DNA of 64,000 nt from NCBI GenBank assembly GCA_964291415.2, contig OZ219918.1, positions 128,001 through 192,000 of the forward strand, in the 5' to 3' direction. The translations under genes and the position numbers were made by a program. The notes beneath the pieces were generated by a model that was given only the letters and a program-made list of their open reading frames with translations, had not been told where the DNA came from and ran no database searches. Positions within the stretch are counted from its first letter, which is position 1. Every line of letters begins with the position of its first letter. This document shows positions 57,950 to 64,000 of the stretch, in pieces. The stretch is from Alphaproteobacteria bacterium (GTDB lineage: Bacteria; Pseudomonadota; Alphaproteobacteria; SP197).

Positions 57950-58972
57950 ATGCAGGCCGTCACGGACATGCTGATGGAGGTTGCCGGTTCGATCGGAACC
58001 AGATCATTCTACAGTGACGTCATGCACGGGATGCTCGAGACAATGGCATCCGACCACTCTCAGGTCATTCATTACCCTGCAGGTGGTCGACCCGAATGCT
58101 TCATTGACGAACATACGTCAGAGCGCCTTCGCCGCCTCTATCGCAGGTTCTGTCCCTACGATCCCTTCTATCGCGATTGGCTCATGACCCATCGGGCAGG
58201 TCTGCGCCGGCTGCACGACGTCCAGCCACCGGACTATGATGAGGGCGGCTATTACACCAACTTCTACAGCGTCACGGGCTATGCAGACGAAGTGGGGCTC
58301 TTGTTTCCCGCCCTGAAGGGTTCGGCCATCGGTGTCTTCGTTCAGCGCGGCGATGTCTACCGCCGCGCCGAAGTCGAATTCCTGTCACGCCTGTTCCCGG
58401 CGCTCAGGCGTTTTCATGTCGCTCACAGGCGACAGTTGCTTTTTGCCTTGGCGATGAATCACACCGGCTTCGACTCCAGCGCAGTGGCCATTGTCGAGCC
58501 TTCAGGACGGATCGCCTATGCGACCGACTCGTTGCGGGAAGTTCCGCGGCACGAAGACGCCACCATCGAAGCGGTGCGGTGTCACGCCGCATCCGATATC
58601 GGGATCGTGTCGACAAGAATCGGTCCGGCGACGGTGACCAAACTCGATTGCTTCCCCCTGGCACCATCGGCATGGATCGTGGTGTTTGGCGCGGATTCGC
58701 ATCAGACCGACGGTCTTGACAGCGCATTGGCGAATTTCGGTGAAGGTTTGTTGAGCCGACGGGAGCACCAGATCTGTTGCCTTGCCTTTTCCGGTCTCGG
58801 CAACGTGCACATTGCGGACGTGCTCGGCATCAGCGAAGGCACGGTCAAGAACCTGCGCAAGAGGCTCTACTTGAAGATGGATGTCACGTGCGAACGCGAG
58901 CTGTTCGCGCTCTTCCTGGCGCACCTTCGAACCAGCCACAAGACGCAGACCTGGCCGGTCGCATTGACGTGA
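57950..58972 (+). CDS. LuxR-type HTH transcriptional regulator
   Basis: C-terminal LSRREHQI...G....IADVLGISEGTVKNLRKRLYLK; DPFY sensor region. Confidence 0.8.
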   Translation: MQAVTDMLMEVAGSIGTRSFYSDVMHGMLETMASDHSQVIHYPAGGRPECFIDEHTSERLRRLYRRFCPYDPFYRDWLMTHRAGLRRLHDVQPPDYDEGGYYTNFYSVTGYADEVGLLFPALKGSAIGVFVQRGDVYRRAEVEFLSRLFPALRRFHVAHRRQLLFALAMNHTGFDSSAVAIVEPSGRIAYATDSLREVPRHEDATIEAVRCHAASDIGIVSTRIGPATVTKLDCFPLAPSAWIVVFGADSHQTDGLDSALANFGEGLLSRREHQICCLAFSGLGNVHIADVLGISEGTVKNLRKRLYLKMDVTCERELFALFLAHLRTSHKTQTWPVALT

Positions 58973-59125
58973 CGGGACACCGCAATTCTCCGGTGCGGGG
59001 CCTTGTTCCGAGCCGATCGAAGGACAACCGGCAGTCTGCGGCAAGGACGACGTCAAGCGTCGCGAATGCGCGATAGTCCGCGTGCCGTGGAGAGTGCGTT
59101 CCGGGAAGCTCCGGTGACCCGGAGT

Positions 59126-60244
59126 TCATCGCCCTATGAACGGCAGGTCCGTGACCTCTCCGTCACGCTCGCCGTCAGGCGTCGTGACCGTCACGCGCGT
59201 TCCCGCATCCCAGGCGTCGCGTTCCATCATGGCGAGGGCGATGTTGGCGGCAAGGTCGGGCGAGAAGGCCGCGGATGTCACCTGCCCCGCCGGTGCGCCG
59301 GAGCGCAGCACGGGCCAGGGGTCGATGCAGGCCGGCGCCGCTCGCCCTTCGAACCTGACGCCGCGGATGATCCTCGCCGGACCGCCCGAGTCGCGGACGC
59401 GTTCCAGGGCGTCGCGGCCGATGAACTCCACGGGTGACTCGAGATTCACGAAACGCTCGAGTGCACACTCGAAGGGATTGTTCTCAAGCGTCATGTCGTT
59501 GCCGTGCGAGAGGAGGGCACCCTCGATGCGCTCGATGAGATTCGGGCAGCCCGGCCCCACATGGAGGTCGCCGCCGACGGCGAACAGCGCATCCCACAGG
59601 GCCTGTCCGCTGGCCGAATCGTCGATGTAGATCTCGAATCCGCCCTGCTTGGACCATCCCGAACGCGCCACCACGAATGTATGGTCGGCAAAGGGCAGCA
59701 CCGCAAAGCCGAAGAAGCGGATGTCGCGCACCTGATCGCCGAGCACTCTCGAGAGGAGGTCGTCGGCCTTGGGACCCTGCACGGCGATGGGTCCGACACC
59801 CGGCTCGAAGACACGCGCGTCGAGACCCATGCCAAGGGCCAGGCCCTTGCCCCACAGCGCGACATCGGAATCGGCGAGGGAAATCCAGAAACGGTCCTCC
59901 GCCAGCCTCAAGATGACCGGGTCGTTGATCATGCCTCCCGTCTCGTCCACCAGCGGTGCATAGGCGCACCGGCCCGGAGCCAGCCGGGAAAGGTCGCGCG
60001 GCGTCATCAGCTGAACGAGGCGGGCCGCATCCGGGCCCACCACCTCGACCTGCTGCTCGCAGGTGACGTCCCAGACCTGCACATGCCGCTTGAGGTGATG
60101 GTAGTCCTCCTCGAGTCCGCGGAAGAACGTCGGCAGGAGCATGTGGTTGTAGACGGTGAACCCGCCGACACCCTGTGCCTCGATACGTGACGAGAACGGC
60201 GTGCGCCGGGTGCGGCGCGACACTGAGATGACTGGTTCGTGCAT
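59126..60244 (-). CDS. dmdA: Dimethylsulfoniopropionate demethylase (GcvT family)
   Basis: SRRTRRTPF.SR...TVYNHMLLP...Y.HLK.HVQVWDV, RSGWSKQGGFEIY and PNLIERIE, all typical of DmdA. Confidence 0.75.
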   Translation of the reverse strand: MHEPVISVSRRTRRTPFSSRIEAQGVGGFTVYNHMLLPTFFRGLEEDYHHLKRHVQVWDVTCEQQVEVVGPDAARLVQLMTPRDLSRLAPGRCAYAPLVDETGGMINDPVILRLAEDRFWISLADSDVALWGKGLALGMGLDARVFEPGVGPIAVQGPKADDLLSRVLGDQVRDIRFFGFAVLPFADHTFVVARSGWSKQGGFEIYIDDSASGQALWDALFAVGGDLHVGPGCPNLIERIEGALLSHGNDMTLENNPFECALERFVNLESPVEFIGRDALERVRDSGGPARIIRGVRFEGRAAPACIDPWPVLRSGAPAGQVTSAAFSPDLAANIALAMMERDAWDAGTRVTVTTPDGERDGEVTDLPFIGR

Positions 60245-60329
60245 GGTCCGGGTCCTGGAGGCCGAGAAAACGGCGCAATCGTGCTATGGTCGAGGGGCGG
60301 TGTACAGTATCCCGCGAGAGGGGCAGGAC

Positions 60330-60971
60330 ATGGTGAAGCTCGACATTCTGCAGAAGGTCTACGAGTGCGGGAACCTCGACGAACTGCGCGGAATCTATGA
60401 TTCCTGGGCCGAAACATACGATGCGACAATACCAGGAGCACTGAACTACCGCGGTCACGAGTACATCGTCGACGCCGTGCGTCCCCATCTTGGCGACGAC
60501 GCGAGGATCCTTGATGCCGGCGCCGGAAGCGGCATGGTCGGACTGGCGGCGGCGCGGGCGGGATTCACCCACGTCGACGCCATGGATCTCTCGACGGGCA
60601 TGCTGAAGGTTGCGAGGGACCGCGGTGTCTACCGCGAGGTGCGCACCGGCATTCTCGGCGAGGCGCTGGACTATCCCGACGACGCCTATGATGCCGTTCT
60701 CAGTTCGGGTGTCTTCACGCCCGGCCATGCGCCACCGACCTCCTTTGACGAGATCATCCGCATCGTGAAGCCCGAAGGGCTTGTCTGCTTCACGTTGCGC
60801 CACGACCAGACACCACCGGGGTTCATCGAGAAGTTCGATGAACTCGCACAAGCCGGATCATGGCAGCGGGAGTGGGTGAGCGACCCATTCCAGTCCATGC
60901 CCGGGGGCGAACCGGAGATCCGGCACAGGACCTGGCTCTTCCGGGTGACATCGGAGCGCCCATCGGCGTGA
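60330..60971 (+). CDS. Class I SAM-dependent methyltransferase
   Basis: YDSWAETYD, ILDAGAGSG, DLS..ML and GVFTPGH motifs. Confidence 0.85.
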   Translation: MVKLDILQKVYECGNLDELRGIYDSWAETYDATIPGALNYRGHEYIVDAVRPHLGDDARILDAGAGSGMVGLAAARAGFTHVDAMDLSTGMLKVARDRGVYREVRTGILGEALDYPDDAYDAVLSSGVFTPGHAPPTSFDEIIRIVKPEGLVCFTLRHDQTPPGFIEKFDELAQAGSWQREWVSDPFQSMPGGEPEIRHRTWLFRVTSERPSA

Positions 60972-61648
60972 CGGGCGCGAACCCGGAGCCCGGCCGCCCG
61001 GTGCGCGTCTGGGATCGCCCGACGCGGGTGTTTCACTGGGTTCTCGTCGTCCTCTTCATCGTCTGCTACGTCAGCGGCGACCGTGGCAGGTTCGATATCC
61101 ACATCATTGCCGGCCAGGCCTTGCTGATCCTTGTCGTGGCGCGGATCATCTGGGGGTTCGTGGGCAGCGATACCGCCCGGTTTCGCCACTTTCTGCGGCC
61201 CCCGGGCGAGGTCATGGTGCATGTCCGGTCCCTTGGCGAGCGCCGGCCCGGCCACGACACCGGCCACAATCCCCTCGGAGGTCTGTCCGTTGTCCTGATG
61301 CTGTTCGTTCTCGTCATCCACACGGTGTCCGGGCTCTTTGCGGTGGATGTCGACGGATGGAACGAAGGGCCGCTGTCGCATGTCGTGAGCTACGAAGCGG
61401 CACGCAACGCTTCGGGCGTTCACGCCGTCACGGTCGACATCCTGCTCGTCCTTGTCGCCCTCCACGTCGCGGCTGTCGGGTTCCACTGGCTCTACAAGCG
61501 CGACAACCTCATCGTTCCCATGGTGACGGGCCGCAAGCACCTTCCTCCGGAGCGTGACGCCCCGCGTCTCGTCCCGGATCTCCTTGCCCTCGTCGCACTC
61601 GCCGTGGCCGCTTCGGTCGTGCTCGGGATCCTGGAGGCCGCCGGATAG
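60968..61648 (+). CDS. Cytochrome b/b6-domain membrane protein
   Basis: VWD.PTRVFHW, RIIWG.VGS..ARF, GHNPLG and ALHVAAV motifs. Confidence 0.85.
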   Translation: MTGANPEPGRPVRVWDRPTRVFHWVLVVLFIVCYVSGDRGRFDIHIIAGQALLILVVARIIWGFVGSDTARFRHFLRPPGEVMVHVRSLGERRPGHDTGHNPLGGLSVVLMLFVLVIHTVSGLFAVDVDGWNEGPLSHVVSYEAARNASGVHAVTVDILLVLVALHVAAVGFHWLYKRDNLIVPMVTGRKHLPPERDAPRLVPDLLALVALAVAASVVLGILEAAG

Positions 61649-61652
61649 ACGT

Positions 61653-62126
61653 TCAGTGATCCTCGGCGCGGAAAACCGAGTGACAGCCGCCGCACCCGTC
61701 GCGCCCAAGGGCCATGAAGGCCGCGGCCTGGGCGTCGTCACCTCCCGACGTCAGCGCCATCTCGAGCATGGCCGCCCGCTCTCCCAGGAGCTGCGCCGCC
61801 ATCTCGAAGTCCGACCAGTTCTCCCAGATGGCATCGAGAGCACCGGTCCGGGGCAGGGCATCCACGCCGGTCCCCGGCGGGAAGAGCGGTGGAATGGCAG
61901 TGGCTGCTTCCTTCAGGACACCGGTTGCCGCCAGCGCCTCCTCCGCATCGTTGCGGCCGGAGAGGAAGCCCTTGATGGTCCGCATGGATTTGCCCAGTTC
62001 CTTCATGAACACATGGCGCTCCTGGCTCAGCCTCTCGGCCTCCTCGAGGCTGACGATGTCGTCGCTTGACCAGGCCACGGACCCCAGCACAAGAGAGACA
62101 ACCGCCGTCAGGATGGTCATACGCAT
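61653..62126 (-). CDS. Cytochrome c' (class II cytochrome c)
   Basis: Signal peptide; LFPPGT...AIWEN..DF and C-terminal CGGCH heme motif. Confidence 0.85.
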   Translation of the reverse strand: MRMTILTAVVSLVLGSVAWSSDDIVSLEEAERLSQERHVFMKELGKSMRTIKGFLSGRNDAEEALAATGVLKEAATAIPPLFPPGTGVDALPRTGALDAIWENWSDFEMAAQLLGERAAMLEMALTSGGDDAQAAAFMALGRDGCGGCHSVFRAEDH

Positions 62127-62402
62127 GCCCGTTCCTCCACGTCTTGAGATGTGCAAGAGACTGGAACAGGTTGCCCGGAGCCTGCAAGTCCCGGACAACG
62201 GTCTGGACGGAATTCGGCCGCCGGCAGCCCGCCACTGAGGTCTTGCGCAAGAGATCGAACGAAGGCGGGACTTGACCCGACCTCCCGATTGCGTGAATCG
62301 TGGGGCCTACCAGGGCCACGGCGAAATGGACACGGCGGCCGACGCAATCCCGGGTCATGGGCCAAGATCACCGGCGGTTCGACAGGACGGGGAGGTGCAG
62401 CA

Positions 62403-63836
62403 ATGAGCAGAGGCACCACCGTCTTTGCCCTGATCGTTTCCGTGCTGCTCATCGCCACGGCCGGTGTACTCAACATGCTGGCAAGGCAAAGCGACGACGC
62501 TGTGTTCGCCGATGCGGTCGTGATGGCAACGGAGATTCGCGACGGAGTCCAGGAAACAGGAGCGTCGGCGGTCGAAAGCGCCCTGGAGACGACAGCACGG
62601 CTGGTGGCGACCCTCGAATCCGTTCCCGACCTCGCCGGGGAGGCCGACGCATTGGGGGCGGAGCTGCAACAGAGAAAGCGCGCGATCGATGCCATCCGTG
62701 ATGCGGAAGCGGCGCTCTTCGAAGCAACGGATGCCTGGAAGTCAGCGGTGGACATGGCGGCCGACGAGACACCGGATCTGGCCGGACTCGCGGAGGACAT
62801 GGACCGATATCTCGCCGGGACCGGACCCGCTCCGACCCTTGAGGCCGTGCGCTCCCGTGGCGATGTGACACTCGTTGCGGCAGCAGACAGGCTGGTGACC
62901 GAAAGGCACGCTCTGGACGAGCTGCATCAGGAGCTGGCTGCCGACAGGGTGACCGGTGTGGCCGAGCAACTTGTCATGTCCCTGGAGATCGAGCGTGCCC
63001 GTCGGGCGCTGGTCGTACGCAACTATGACGATGGTACGGTTGCCGCCCTTGGCGCCCTGGTGCTGTTCTGGGTTCTGCTCGGCATTCGCGGACGCCGTCG
63101 CAGTGAGCCGCCGCATCGGAAAGCCGATCCCGTAAGGGGGACACTGTTCATCCGCGGTACGGCGGCAGCGGTGGCGATGCGGGCGCAACGTCTCGCTTCG
63201 CACACCAATGCGCTCAGAGAGTCTCGCCAGAGGCTTGGAAACGCCATCGCGGAGGCCGGGCTCGACCGGTCACTCAATGACGATGCCCCCCTTCACCGGG
63301 AAGTGGAGGCCATGGACGGTCATCTCGCCACCTTGCGAGACGAAACCGGTGAACTGTCGGCACTGGGCCAGCGTCTATGGACTCTTGCCGGGGAGACGGC
63401 GCCTGCGTCGACGGCCAGTATCAACGCGTGCGTCAGGGAAGCACTCGAGGCGATCAGGGCAGGCCACCGGATTCCCGTCATGACGGAACTTGCCGATGTC
63501 GGTGATGTCAGGGGGGTGGCGTCCGATATCGTACTGGCCCTGACGGCCCTCATCGAACGTGTCCTCAGGGCCTCCCGGGAATCGGGACGGGGCCACAGCG
63601 CCATTCGCGTCTTCACCACGGCCGGTGATGACCAGGTGCATGTCACCATCACCGGAGGCGCTCCCCTTCCGCGGTTCACGGAGCGCACGTTCAGGCCGTC
63701 GGGTACCTCCCACGAGCTGGCGCTGGCCATCGCTCTCCTCAGGCGTCATGGCGGCAGCGTGATCCTGGGTTCGTCCGTCGCCGGGGAAGCCTCGGCGCGC
63801 ATATCCCTTGCCGCCGCATCGGGAGACCAGACATGA
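62403..63836 (+). CDS. Two-TM membrane protein with a degenerate histidine-kinase-like C-terminus
   Basis: TM-periplasmic-TM layout, then INACVREAL...HGGSV...S....ARISL; the N, G1 and G2 boxes are not conserved. Confidence 0.55.
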   Translation: MSRGTTVFALIVSVLLIATAGVLNMLARQSDDAVFADAVVMATEIRDGVQETGASAVESALETTARLVATLESVPDLAGEADALGAELQQRKRAIDAIRDAEAALFEATDAWKSAVDMAADETPDLAGLAEDMDRYLAGTGPAPTLEAVRSRGDVTLVAAADRLVTERHALDELHQELAADRVTGVAEQLVMSLEIERARRALVVRNYDDGTVAALGALVLFWVLLGIRGRRRSEPPHRKADPVRGTLFIRGTAAAVAMRAQRLASHTNALRESRQRLGNAIAEAGLDRSLNDDAPLHREVEAMDGHLATLRDETGELSALGQRLWTLAGETAPASTASINACVREALEAIRAGHRIPVMTELADVGDVRGVASDIVLALTALIERVLRASRESGRGHSAIRVFTTAGDDQVHVTITGGAPLPRFTERTFRPSGTSHELALAIALLRRHGGSVILGSSVAGEASARISLAAASGDQT

Positions 63837-64000
63837 AGGCGCTGCGCTTTCGGGTTCGCAACTATCGCAACATCGAGGACAGCGGCTGGGTGCCACTCGA
63901 TCCGGTCACGGTCCTTGTCGGACGCAACGAGTCGGGAAAGACGTCCCTTCTGAAGGCGCTCAACAAGTTCAATCCGGGCACGGCGGAAACCTATGATGCC
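63833..64000 (+). CDS. AAA/OLD-family ATPase (ATP-dependent nuclease-like), 3'-partial
   Basis: MKALRFRVRNYRNIEDSG...VLVGRNESGKTSLLKAL Walker A; ATGA overlap with the upstream stop. Confidence 0.75.
   Translation, partial: MKALRFRVRNYRNIEDSGWVPLDPVTVLVGRNESGKTSLLKALNKFNPGTAETYDA

Noticed and set aside
1-64000. CRISPR array, IS transposase or prophage genes
   Set aside because: No regularly spaced short repeats, transposase motifs or phage structural genes were recognised.

Overview
High-GC (about 65-68% by eye) alphaproteobacterial chromosome segment, probably from a marine or host-associated organism given the DMSP, methylamine and sulfonate catabolic genes. It opens with core genes (xerD, malyl-CoA lyase, accA, tRNA-Arg(ACG)). 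The tRNA is followed by a ~0.9 kb att-flanked relic carrying only a hicAB toxin-antitoxin pair. The 11-26 kb region is a mosaic: two diverged, reciprocally eroded copies of one cassette (secreted protein, adenylate cyclase, ~300 bp repeat, Xre-RES TA pair, sauT/sauS) bracket a TenA/deaminase/ABC-transporter block. A small SelW/Rdx-type selenoprotein gene (CxxU, in-frame UGA) that the ORF track misses lies at 29389-29610. At 34.7-46.2 kb is an unusual catabolic cluster: a fused large+medium subunit B12-dependent diol-dehydratase homologue with altered pocket residues, sitting in opposite orientation among a sugar ABC transporter, an FGGY kinase, dehydrogenases and an uncharacterised phosphate-binding barrel, with no microcompartment or reactivase genes. 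The right end holds a Rieske/TMADH-like amine module bounded by a displaced dmdA 3' end, then dmdA, a cytochrome b/c' pair, a pseudo-histidine kinase and a truncated OLD/AAA ATPase. All calls come from motif recognition by eye; no searches were run.
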